From: Acidobacteriota bacterium | Lineage (GTDB): Bacteria > Acidobacteriota > Vicinamibacteria > Vicinamibacterales > 2-12-FULL-66-21 | Assembly (NCBI GenBank): GCA_031393955.1 | Contig: JANMWI010000015.1 | Coordinates: forward strand, 7,320 to 71,319 | Direction: 5' to 3' | DNA: 64,000 bases | Part shown: piece after piece, positions 34,202-42,280 of the stretch | Numbering within the stretch: position 1 is the first letter of the stretch | Layout: every line of letters begins with the position of its first letter | The notes under the pieces: generated by a model | Told to the model about the DNA's origin: nothing | Seen by the model: only the letters and a program-made list of their open reading frames with translations | Databases searched by the model: none | Made by a program: the position numbers and the translations under genes

Positions 34202-37200
34202 ATGCGCACGCGCAAGACGCGCGGCATCGTTGCGCCCGTGGCGACCGCCCTGCTGGCGATCGGCCTTCTGGGGGTGGTTGCCGAACAGGTGTCGGCTCAG
34301 ACACCGTACGTCCCGTATTACGGCAAGAACCGTATCCGGTACAACGATTTCAAGTGGAAGATCTACACCACCGATCATTTCGAGATCTACTACTACCCTG
34401 ACGTCGAGCCGCAGCTCGAGCGGGTCACCTCGTACGCGGAAAGCGCCTATCAGCAGGTCAGCGCCGACCTCAAGCACGACCTCGCCTTCAAAGTGCCGCT
34501 CGTCCTCTACAAGACCCAGAGCGAGTTCCAGCAGCAGAACATCGAGCCGGGCGAGCTGCCCGAAGGCGTCCTCGCCTTCGCCGAGCCGTACCGCGACCGG
34601 ATGGTGCTGCCGATTGACGAGCCGTCGGACGCGCTCTACCGGCTGATCACCCACGAGCTGACCCACATCTTCGAGTTCGACATCATTCCCCGGTCGCTGC
34701 TCCGCCGCGGCCTGCCGCTGTGGGTCGACGAGGGGCTGTCGGACTACATGACCGGCTACTGGCAGCCGTTCGACCTGATGTCGGTCCGCGATGCCGCGAT
34801 CGCCGACATCGTCCCGTCGATGAGCGATTTCCAGGGGGTGCAGTTCGCCGACGGCCGGCTGCCCTACAACCTCGGCCACGCCGCGTTCGAGTTCATCGAA
34901 TCGCGCTGGGGCAAAGAGGGCCTGCGCCAGTTCCTGTTCGCGCTCCGCAAGGCGGTCATCGGCGGCGGCGAAAGCGCCTACGAGGAGGCCTTCAAGCTCA
35001 AGCCTGAGGAGTTCGACGAGCAGTTCGAGAAGTACCTGAAGGACCGCTTCAAGCCGTTCCGCGACAAGGAGCGGCCGGTCGACTATGGCCGCGATCTCGC
35101 GCCGAAGCGCGGCAAGTCGAAGTACACGGTCGTCGTCTCGATCGAGCCGTCGCCGTCGGGCGACCTGATGGCGGTGGCGGCGGGCAACGGCAAGGACCAG
35201 GAGCTCGACATCATCCTGATGTCGACCAAGGACGGCAAGGTCATCCGCAACCTCACCGACGGCTTCAACAAGGACCGCGGCTACGAGTACATCTCGACCC
35301 CGGGCGGCTTCCGGAACAACGCGGTGTCGTGGATGTCGTGGGCGCCGGCCGGCGACCGGATCGGCTATTTCGTCCGCACCGAAAAGCTCAAGACGCTGAT
35401 TCTCCAGAACGTCGTCACCCGGAAGATCGAGAAGCGGATCATCATCAAGAGCGTCGACGGCCCGGAATCGCCGGACATCAGCCCGGACGGCCGCGAGGTC
35501 GCGTTCGCCGGCCTGCGCGGCGCGGTCGGCGACATCTTCGTCGTCAACATCGACAGCGGTGAGATCCGCAACCTCACCAACGACCAGTTCGGCGACTACG
35601 CGCCGACCTACTCGCCCGACGGCAAGTCGATCCTCTACCTGGCGCGGGTCAGCGGCAACGACAAGCTGTTCCGGCTCGACCTCGCGACCGGCACCAAGAC
35701 CCAGCTGACGTTCGGGACCCACGACGACGGCGGGGCGCAGTTCGTCAACGCCGACACGGTGGTGTTCCCGTCAACGGCGGTCGATCCCAACCAGCCGATC
35801 GACCCCGAGGTCGCGCGCAACGGCAACATCTACAATCTCTGGACGCTCAGCCTGAAGAGCGGCGAACTGAAGCAGTTCACCGACACCCTGACCGGCAACG
35901 TCTCGCCGATCGTGCTGCGCGATCAGACGCCGCCGAAGATCGCCTTCGTGACCTACTACAAGGGGGAGTACGGGATCCACACGCTCAACCGCCAGGAGCC
36001 GATCGCCACCGTGGCGAGCGCCGACTTCGGCGCGCCGGGGCCGATCATCGACTTCCAGGCGCCGATCACCCACACCCTGGTGAAGTCGAACATCAAGACC
36101 AAGGGGACGTTCGAGAAGCTGTTCCTCGAGGGCCGGCCGCCGGTCAACGTCGGCGTCACCAGCGGCGGCGATCTGTTCGGCGGCACCCAGGTGACGTTCA
36201 CCGACGTGCTCGGCGACAAGCAGTTCAACCTGTTCGCGTCGTCGGTGTCGCAGTACCGGACGCTGTCGTTCTCCTACACCAACCTGTCGCGGCGGCTGCA
36301 GTACGCCATTCAGGCCTACTCGCAGACGCAGTTCTACTACGGCTACGACCCGGGCCTGCTCTACGGCTCGCAGTACGCCTACGTCGACCGCAGCCAGGCG
36401 ATCGCTACCCAGACCGCGCGCGGCGCCACCGCCTACGGGATCTATCCGTTCAACCGCTACGCGCGGGTCGAACTGTCGGGCGGGCTGTTCCAGTTCAATC
36501 AGGGCTACAACGACGCCGGCCTGCAGCAAGTCGCCGACCAGTACCAGCTCCAGCAGTACGGCCGGACGCTGTTCTCGAACGGCTCGATCATGCCGCTCGG
36601 CGTCAGCTACGTGCAGGAGACGACGGTGTTCCGCGAGTACGGCCCGCTCGCCGGCAACACGATTCGCGCCGGCTACGAGTACGCGCCGAGCCTCGGCAAG
36701 CTGCTGTCGCGGCACACGCTCGACGGCGACGCCCGCTACTACCTGCGGCTGGCGACCAACGGCGTGCTGGCGTTCCGCGCCCGCGGCTTCAAGAGCTGGG
36801 GGGAGTTCCCCGGCTACCTCTACTTCGGCGGCAACTCCGAGCTGCGCGGCTACGACTACCTCGAGTTCCTCGGCAACAAGGCGTTCTTCTTCGACGGCGA
36901 GCTCCGCTTCCCGCTGATCGAAGCGGCGCTGACGCCGCTCGGCGTGCTCGGCGGGCTGCGCGGAATCGCGTTCGCGAACATCGGCGCGGCCGGCTACGAG
37001 GGAGTGCCGATGAAGGTCTACTCCCGCGATCCGATCACCGTCACGCCGCTGCTCGGCTTCCAGCCGAACTTCCAGGCCCAGCAGTACGACCCGGTGTTCG
37101 GTCCGCCGACGACGATCAACGGGTTGAAGCTGGTCGACGGCCGCGCCTCCTACGGCGTCGGCCTCGAGACGTTCGCGCTCGGCTTCCCGATCCACTTCGA

Positions 37201-37336
37201 CTGGTCGTGGCGGACCCTCCTCAACAAGAACTACGAGGATTACATCTTCGCCTACCAAGCGATCCAGGACGGGACGACCGGCAGCAAATGGTTCCGGAAG
37301 CCGCGCTTTTCGGTGTGGATCGGCTACGATTTCTGA
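34202..37336 (+). CDS. Large outer-membrane fusion protein: gluzincin (peptidase MA-like) domain, PD40/TolB-like beta-propeller repeats and a C-terminal Omp85 (surface antigen D15) beta-barrel
   Basis: After a signal peptide come HELTH plus the downstream WVDEGLSDY. PD40-like SPDGREVAF and SPDGKSILY follow. The Omp85-type block is GGNSELRGYDYLEFLGNKAFFFDGELRFPL, with the terminal VWIGYDF (aromatic C-terminus). Confidence 0.7.
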   Translation: MRTRKTRGIVAPVATALLAIGLLGVVAEQVSAQTPYVPYYGKNRIRYNDFKWKIYTTDHFEIYYYPDVEPQLERVTSYAESAYQQVSADLKHDLAFKVPLVLYKTQSEFQQQNIEPGELPEGVLAFAEPYRDRMVLPIDEPSDALYRLITHELTHIFEFDIIPRSLLRRGLPLWVDEGLSDYMTGYWQPFDLMSVRDAAIADIVPSMSDFQGVQFADGRLPYNLGHAAFEFIESRWGKEGLRQFLFALRKAVIGGGESAYEEAFKLKPEEFDEQFEKYLKDRFKPFRDKERPVDYGRDLAPKRGKSKYTVVVSIEPSPSGDLMAVAAGNGKDQELDIILMSTKDGKVIRNLTDGFNKDRGYEYISTPGGFRNNAVSWMSWAPAGDRIGYFVRTEKLKTLILQNVVTRKIEKRIIIKSVDGPESPDISPDGREVAFAGLRGAVGDIFVVNIDSGEIRNLTNDQFGDYAPTYSPDGKSILYLARVSGNDKLFRLDLATGTKTQLTFGTHDDGGAQFVNADTVVFPSTAVDPNQPIDPEVARNGNIYNLWTLSLKSGELKQFTDTLTGNVSPIVLRDQTPPKIAFVTYYKGEYGIHTLNRQEPIATVASADFGAPGPIIDFQAPITHTLVKSNIKTKGTFEKLFLEGRPPVNVGVTSGGDLFGGTQVTFTDVLGDKQFNLFASSVSQYRTLSFSYTNLSRRLQYAIQAYSQTQFYYGYDPGLLYGSQYAYVDRSQAIATQTARGATAYGIYPFNRYARVELSGGLFQFNQGYNDAGLQQVADQYQLQQYGRTLFSNGSIMPLGVSYVQETTVFREYGPLAGNTIRAGYEYAPSLGKLLSRHTLDGDARYYLRLATNGVLAFRARGFKSWGEFPGYLYFGGNSELRGYDYLEFLGNKAFFFDGELRFPLIEAALTPLGVLGGLRGIAFANIGAAGYEGVPMKVYSRDPITVTPLLGFQPNFQAQQYDPVFGPPTTINGLKLVDGRASYGVGLETFALGFPIHFDWSWRTLLNKNYEDYIFAYQAIQDGTTGSKWFRKPRFSVWIGYDF

Positions 37337-37357
37337 GTCGGGCCTGAGCTGCCCGAC
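37337..37357 (+). terminator. Stem-loop immediately after the large OMP gene stop (no U-tract)
   Basis: GTCGGGC (37337-37343) and GCCCGAC (37351-37357) form a perfect 7-bp stem with a 7-nt loop. Confidence 0.3.
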
Positions 37358-37377
37358 CGCGAAGCCGGAACCGTCCC

Positions 37378-37614
37378 GTGTCGAAACGCTGCACCGATAT
37401 CGTCGCCCTGCTCGCCGATTTCGTCGAGCAACACCTCCCGCCGGCGGTGCATGCCGATCTGGAGCGGCACCTTTCGGCGTGTCCGCGCTGCGTCGCGCAG
37501 CTCAAGACCTACCAGTCGACGGTGGCGCTGCTGCGGTCGATCGAGGAGGACGAACTGCCCGACGAACTGCGCTGCACGCTCAAGGCCTTCCTCAACCGGG
37601 ACTGCGGCAACTGA
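37378..37614 (+). CDS. Small soluble ZAS-type (RsrA-like) anti-sigma factor, 78 aa, no TM segment
   Basis: GTG start. Contains C5 and HLSACPRC (H-x3-C-x2-C), plus two further Cys (ELRCTL, RDCGN). Confidence 0.65.
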   Translation: MSKRCTDIVALLADFVEQHLPPAVHADLERHLSACPRCVAQLKTYQSTVALLRSIEEDELPDELRCTLKAFLNRDCGN

Positions 37615-37629
37615 CCGGCGGCGATTGAC

Positions 37630-38124
37630 ATGACCGGCAAGACCGCGTCGGAGTCCGAGACCGAGATGGTCCAGGTGGTGCTGCCGAATGACGCCAATCC
37701 GCTCGGCTTCATCCTCGGCGGCACCGTCATGCACCTGATCGACATCGCCGGGGCGATTGCCTGCCATCGCCACACCCGCAGCCTGCTGGTGACGGCCGCC
37801 GTCGACGGCCTGCAGTTCCTCCATCCGATCAAGGTCGGGGATCTGATCATCCTGCATGCGCGGGTGACGGCGGCGTGGAGCACGTCGCTCGAGGTCCAGG
37901 TCGAGGTCTTTTCGGAGGAGACGCTGACCGGCCTCCGGCGGATGACCAGCCTCGCCTATCTGACCTTCGTGGCGGTCGACCGCGACAGCCACCGCCGGGC
38001 CGTGCCGCCGCTGCTCCAGGAGGGCGCGGAGGACGCGCGGCGCGCCGCCGAGGCCGAAGCGCGACGGACCGCGCGCCTGGCGGCGCGGCGGGCGCTCGCC
38101 GCGCGCGACGATCAGCGCGAGTAG
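37630..38124 (+). CDS. Acyl-CoA thioesterase (hotdog fold, YciA/BFIT-like)
   Basis: Contains VVLPNDANPLGFILGGTVMHLIDIAGAIA and HPIKVGDLIILHARV. The Arg/Ala-rich C-terminal helix overlaps the convergent nuoI 3' end by 13 nt. Confidence 0.8.
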   Translation: MTGKTASESETEMVQVVLPNDANPLGFILGGTVMHLIDIAGAIACHRHTRSLLVTAAVDGLQFLHPIKVGDLIILHARVTAAWSTSLEVQVEVFSEETLTGLRRMTSLAYLTFVAVDRDSHRRAVPPLLQEGAEDARRAAEAEARRTARLAARRALAARDDQRE

Positions 38125-38582
38125 CGCTCGGTCGGGACGCCGTCGTAGAGCTCGTCGATGCGCAGCACCTGGGAGGCGCGCGAATAGCTGCCGAGCTCGT
38201 ATTCCTCGCTCATGATCAGCGCCTTGACCGGCTTGGTCGGGCAGACCTCGGCGCACAGCCCGCAGAAGCTGCAGCGCGACAGGTTGAAGTCGAAATAATC
38301 CAGCACCTTGATCTTCTGCCCCGGCTCGCGGTGGCCGCCGAGCGCGATCAGGTCGTCCGGGCAGACCTTCGCGCACTGGTCGCAGACGATGCAGGTCTGC
38401 GCGCCGGTCGCCGGCTCGACCTGGAGGCGGAGCACGCCGCGGAAGCGCGGCGACACCGGCCGGCGCTCGGCGGGATACTGAAACGTGAAGGCCGGCTGCG
38501 GCGTGTACTTCAGCGTCAGCCACAGCCCCTTGAGGATGTCGACGAGGAAGATCGTCCGCAGCAGATCGCGCAACCGCGCCAC
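38112..38582 (-). CDS. nuoI: NADH-quinone oxidoreductase subunit I (2x[4Fe-4S] ferredoxin-type)
   Basis: Contains ILKGLWLTLKY..., CIVCDQCAKVCP and CSFCGLCAEVCP. The GTG start directly follows the nuoB stop (TGAGTG). Confidence 0.85.
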   Translation of the reverse strand: MARLRDLLRTIFLVDILKGLWLTLKYTPQPAFTFQYPAERRPVSPRFRGVLRLQVEPATGAQTCIVCDQCAKVCPDDLIALGGHREPGQKIKVLDYFDFNLSRCSFCGLCAEVCPTKPVKALIMSEEYELGSYSRASQVLRIDELYDGVPTERYSR

Positions 38583-39125
38583 TCAGCCTCCCGCCGCTGG
38601 AACGACCAGCGTTGCCGCGGTGTCACCGACGTGGATGACCCGCTCCTTGCGGAGCACGGTGTTCTCGCGACGGATCTTGTCCTGGAGCCGCATCAAGCCG
38701 TAGAGCAGCGCCTCCGGACGCGGCGGACAGCCGGAGACGTAGACATCGACCGGGACGATCTTGTCGACCCCCTGCAGCACGCTGTAGGTCGGGAACGGCC
38801 CGCCGGCATTCGAGCAGCTGCCCATCGAGATGACCCACTTCGGCTCGGGCATCTGATCGTAGAGGCGGCGCAGCACCGGCGCCATCTTCTTCGTCACCGT
38901 GCCGGCGACGATCAGCAGGTCGGACTGGCGCGGCGAGGCGCGGAAGACCTCGGCGCCAAAGCGCGAGATGTCGAACCGCGACGCCGAGGCGGCCATCATC
39001 TCGATGGCGCAGCACGCCAGGCCGAAGCCCATCGGCCACAGCGAGGACTGGCGGGCCCAGTTCAGGACCTTGTCGACGGTCGTCGTGACGAGGTTGTCCT
39101 CGAACTTGTGCTCGATCAGGCCCAT
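38583..39125 (-). CDS. nuoB: NADH-quinone oxidoreductase subunit B (PSST/20 kDa, N2 cluster)
   Basis: Contains [28 protein letters not shown] and [11 protein letters not shown]. Confidence 0.9.
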   Translation of the reverse strand: MGLIEHKFEDNLVTTTVDKVLNWARQSSLWPMGFGLACCAIEMMAASASRFDISRFGAEVFRASPRQSDLLIVAGTVTKKMAPVLRRLYDQMPEPKWVISMGSCSNAGGPFPTYSVLQGVDKIVPVDVYVSGCPPRPEALLYGLMRLQDKIRRENTVLRKERVIHVGDTAATLVVPAAGG

Positions 39126-39133
39126 GGTTTGGC

Positions 39134-39164
39134 TCTCAGCTCTCAGCTGTCAGCTGTCAGCTGT
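39134..39164. repeat. Heptanucleotide tandem repeat filling the fdx-nuoB intergenic gap
   Basis: The sequence is tctcagc tctcagc tgtcagc tgtcagc tgt, which is 4.4 units and includes three CAGCTG palindromes at 7-nt phase. It lies between the ferredoxin stop (39164-39166) and the nuoB ATG (39125). Confidence 0.9.
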
Positions 39165-39424
39165 TACTTCTGGAAGTACTGCGCGTTGACCGGAATGAAG
39201 CTCTTCCACTTCTCCGGCGTTTCGTCGAGCGCGAAAATCGCTTCGACCGGGCAGGCCGGCACGCACGCGCCGCAGTCGATGCACTCGTCCGGGTGGATGT
39301 AGAGCATCTCGGCGGCGGCGAACTCCGGCTCGTCCTTCCGCGGGTGGATGCAGTCGACCGGGCAGACATCGACGCAGGCGCTGTCCTTGGTGCCGATGCA
39401 GGGTTCCGTAATGATATAGGCCAC
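39164..39424 (-). CDS. 7Fe-type ferredoxin ([3Fe-4S][4Fe-4S])
   Basis: Contains VAYIITEPCIGTKDSACVDVCPVDCIH and CIDCGACVPACPVEAI. I prefer the GTG at 39424 (VAYIITEPC, preceded by GGAGGAGAG) over the track start at 39442. Confidence 0.85.
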   Translation of the reverse strand: MAYIITEPCIGTKDSACVDVCPVDCIHPRKDEPEFAAAEMLYIHPDECIDCGACVPACPVEAIFALDETPEKWKSFIPVNAQYFQK

Positions 39425-39489
39425 GTTCTCTCTCTCCTCCACAAACGAGCGCAGACGCGGCGGGCCGCGCCGCGTCCAACATCCCTACC

Positions 39490-40272
39490 TCACGCGCCGA
39501 GCGCCATCGAGTCCGGCAGGTGTCCGAGGCGCAGCGAAATCAGCCGCGCCAGTTCCATCGCCGCCGCCGGCTGCGCCGCGGCGAACGGGGCTTCGTCGGC
39601 GGCGTGGACGAAGACGCCGATCCGCGCCACTTCCCGGCCGGTGTAATCACAGACCGGCGCGCAGGTGCACAGCAGCCGCTGGATCTGCTGCGGCTCGGGG
39701 GCGCCGAACCGCACCGCGATGCGGTTGGGGTCGGCGGCGTCCCTCGGCCGCTCGAGCTTCAGACAGCTGAGGCGCCGTTTCGCGGTCGCCTCGACATACA
39801 TCGCGCAGTGCACCGGCATCTCACGCCCGTGCGTCGTGTGCATGCCGACCTCGTCCGGCCCGCCGCTCCACAGATACGTCACCTCGCCGGCCGCCGGCAC
39901 CGCAATGAAGGCGCGGACGCCGTTGCGCAGGACGTATTCGCGCAACACCGGATAGGCATGGAGCCGCAGTTCGGACCGCCCGAGCAGCCGGAAGCTCAGG
40001 TCCAGCATCTTCAGCGTCAGGCTGTAGCGCTGCGTTTCCTCATCCTGCCGGACGAAGCCGCGGCGCTTGAGCACCCTCAGCAACCGATGCACCGTCGGCG
40101 GCGGCTGGCGCAGCGCCCGCGCAAGGTCGGTGACGCTCAGCCCGCGCGGCGCGGCGGCCAGCGACTCGCAGACGTCCAGCGCCTTCTCCAGCGAAGACGG
40201 CCGTTCGCGCCCCGCCGCAGGCAGCGACTCCGCGACCGGATGGTCAGGCTGCTCGTTCACTAGCTCGCCCAT
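39490..40272 (-). CDS. IclR family transcriptional regulator
   Basis: The N-terminal wHTH reads SLEKALDVCESLAAAPRGLSVTDLARALRQPPPTVHRLLRVLKRRGFV. A C-terminal effector domain follows. Confidence 0.8.
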   Translation of the reverse strand: MGELVNEQPDHPVAESLPAAGRERPSSLEKALDVCESLAAAPRGLSVTDLARALRQPPPTVHRLLRVLKRRGFVRQDEETQRYSLTLKMLDLSFRLLGRSELRLHAYPVLREYVLRNGVRAFIAVPAAGEVTYLWSGGPDEVGMHTTHGREMPVHCAMYVEATAKRRLSCLKLERPRDAADPNRIAVRFGAPEPQQIQRLLCTCAPVCDYTGREVARIGVFVHAADEAPFAAAQPAAAMELARLISLRLGHLPDSMALGA

Positions 40273-40300
40273 TCCACTATACGGAATGACATTCCACTAT
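40270..40300. promoter_or_regulatory. Candidate IclR operator: direct repeat CATTCCACTAT x2 enclosing the palindrome GGAATG-A-CATTCC
   Basis: CATTCCACTAT occurs at 40270-40280 (overlapping the IclR ATG) and again at 40290-40300. GGAATGACATTCC lies at 40283-40295. This is the most AT-rich stretch of the divergent gap. Confidence 0.45.
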
Positions 40301-40349
40301 TACATTTGAGTTATATACCCTGCAGCCTGCCCGATCAAGCCGCAGCCGC

Positions 40350-40355
40350 TATAAT
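40350..40355 (+). promoter_or_regulatory. Consensus -10 hexamer TATAAT upstream of the beta-barrel gene
   Basis: CCGCTATAAT lies 36 nt upstream of the ATG at 40392. No convincing -35 was seen. Confidence 0.3.
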
Positions 40356-40391
40356 GCGTCCTTCCCCGCCGCTGCCGCGGGCCCCCAACCC

Positions 40392-41588
40392 ATGCGCCTT
40401 TCGGCGATTCGTCCGTTGTTCGGGGCGGCCTGTCTGCTGCTGGCCGCCCGCGCGTCAGGCCAGGGACTCCCCGAGGAGCCGCTGCGGACGCCGGACGGCC
40501 GGCTGACCGTCAGCGCCGAAGCGGTCGCGACCTTCGGGCCGTCCGACGAGACCGCCTACTTCAACTACACCGATTACGAACACAACGCGCTGCGGCTGTT
40601 CAGGCTGGGCGCGGCGGCGGTCTGGAAGCCGGCCGACTGGCTGGCGCTGGCCACCGAAGTGCGATCCGAAGACCTCGAGGCGCCCCGAGTCTACGCCGCC
40701 TACGCACGGATCCGGCCATTTCGCGATCACCCCTTCGACCTGACGGCGGGCCGCATCCCGCCCGCGTTCGGCGCGTTCGCGCGGCGGGCCTACGGCACCG
40801 ATAACATCGTCATTGGCTATCCGCTCGCTTATCAGTACCTCACCTCGCTGCGCAGCGACGCAGCCCCGGCGGTGGGCGACGACCTCCTGCGCATGCGCGG
40901 CCGCGGCTGGCGATCCAGCTTCCCGATCGGCCGGCAGGTGCCGGAGCCCGGCGTGCCCCTCGTCAGCGGCTTTCGCTGGGACACCGGCGTCGGCGCCGCC
41001 TGGGCGAATCCGCGGCTCCAGGTCTCGGCCGCCCTGACCAACGGCACCCTGTCGAACCCGCGGGTCGGCGACGACAACGGCGGCAAGCAACTCTCCGGAC
41101 GCGTCGCGGCAACGCCGATCGTCGGTCTCGTGCTTGGCGCGTCGGGGGCGGCCGGCAACTGGCTGGCGCGCGGGCTGCCCGGCGACGGCTCTGGCCAGCA
41201 GCGCGCCTTTGGCGCCGACGCCGAGTATTCCCGCGATCACTGGATCGTCCGCGGCGAACTGGTGTTCAGCCGCTGGGCGCTCCCCCTCCCGCTGCCGCCA
41301 TCCCACACCACCGCCGTGAGTGCGCTCGGGCGATGGGTCGAGGGGCGCTACCGGCTGACACCGCGCATCTTCATCGCCGGACGTCTCGACCGCCTCGGCT
41401 TCTCGACACTGCAGGGCAGCACCGCGGCGCTGCCCTGGGATGCGCCGGTCGCGCGCGCCGAAGCCGCCGCCGGCTATTCCCTCCGCCGCAACCTCGTCGT
41501 CCGCACCGCCGTGCAGCGGAACCGGCGCGACGGCGGCCGCGTCCGCGGCCGCACCGTCACCTCGGTCCAGCTCGCCTACTGGTTCTGA
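40392..41588 (+). CDS. Outer-membrane beta-barrel (porin-like) protein of unknown family
   Basis: A signal peptide (LLLAARASGQ) is followed by alternating beta-strand pattern and the C-terminal VQLAYWF. Confidence 0.55.
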   Translation: MRLSAIRPLFGAACLLLAARASGQGLPEEPLRTPDGRLTVSAEAVATFGPSDETAYFNYTDYEHNALRLFRLGAAAVWKPADWLALATEVRSEDLEAPRVYAAYARIRPFRDHPFDLTAGRIPPAFGAFARRAYGTDNIVIGYPLAYQYLTSLRSDAAPAVGDDLLRMRGRGWRSSFPIGRQVPEPGVPLVSGFRWDTGVGAAWANPRLQVSAALTNGTLSNPRVGDDNGGKQLSGRVAATPIVGLVLGASGAAGNWLARGLPGDGSGQQRAFGADAEYSRDHWIVRGELVFSRWALPLPLPPSHTTAVSALGRWVEGRYRLTPRIFIAGRLDRLGFSTLQGSTAALPWDAPVARAEAAAGYSLRRNLVVRTAVQRNRRDGGRVRGRTVTSVQLAYWF

Positions 41589-42280
41589 TGGCGCGCCTCC
41601 CCGGCATCCTCTCGCTCGTCAGCCTCCTCGCCATCGGCGGCGTCCTGCACGGCGCCGTCCCGGCGCGGCCGGCGGCGGCCGCCGCGGTCGGCGTCATCCG
41701 CGGGCGCGTCACGCTGCCGTCCGGGCCCGCCGCCAGCGTCGATCGCCCGAATGTCGCCGACGTCTCGATGGCCGTGAACCAGCCGGTCGATCGCCGCAGC
41801 GTCGTCTACCTCGATCCCGCGCCGCGCGCGGCCTTCGACTCGCGCGACGAGCCGGTCGCCCGCATGGATCAGCGCAACAAGACCTTCGTCCCGCACGTGC
41901 TCGCGATTGTCGCCGGCTCGACGGTGGACTTTCCCAACAGCGATCGGACGTACCACAACGTCTTTTCCCTGTCGCGGGCAAAATCCTTCGATCTCGGCCG
42001 CTACGCCGTCGGCCGCTCGAAGGCCGTCCGCTTCGACCGCCCCGGCATCGTCCGCGTCTTCTGCGACATCCATTCGCACATGAGCGCCTTCATCCTGGTC
42101 TTCGCGCATCGCTATTTCGCCGTCACCGACGAGGCCGGGCGCTACCGGATCGACGGCGTGCCGCCGGGCGGCTATACGGTGATGACCTGGAACGAGTCGG
42201 CGCCGCTCGATTCGCAGCGGGTCGTCGTCCCTGACGCTGGCGGCGAGGTCGAGCTGAACGTCAGCCTGCGGCGGCGATGA
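41588..42280 (+). CDS. Secreted cupredoxin-like protein with C-terminal carboxypeptidase-regulatory-like domain
   Basis: The ATG overlaps the upstream stop (TGATG). Type-1-copper-like ligand pattern YHNVFS ... FCDIHSHM is present, followed by DEAGRYRIDGVPPGGYTV. Confidence 0.6.
   Translation: MARLPGILSLVSLLAIGGVLHGAVPARPAAAAAVGVIRGRVTLPSGPAASVDRPNVADVSMAVNQPVDRRSVVYLDPAPRAAFDSRDEPVARMDQRNKTFVPHVLAIVAGSTVDFPNSDRTYHNVFSLSRAKSFDLGRYAVGRSKAVRFDRPGIVRVFCDIHSHMSAFILVFAHRYFAVTDEAGRYRIDGVPPGGYTVMTWNESAPLDSQRVVVPDAGGEVELNVSLRRR

Noticed and set aside
34118-37258. Minus-strand ORFs of 534 aa and 495 aa opposite the large peptidase-PD40-Omp85 gene.
   Set aside because: Their translation is low-complexity and rich in Arg, Val, Asp and Leu. 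The plus-strand frame carries multiple independent family motifs and a signal peptide.
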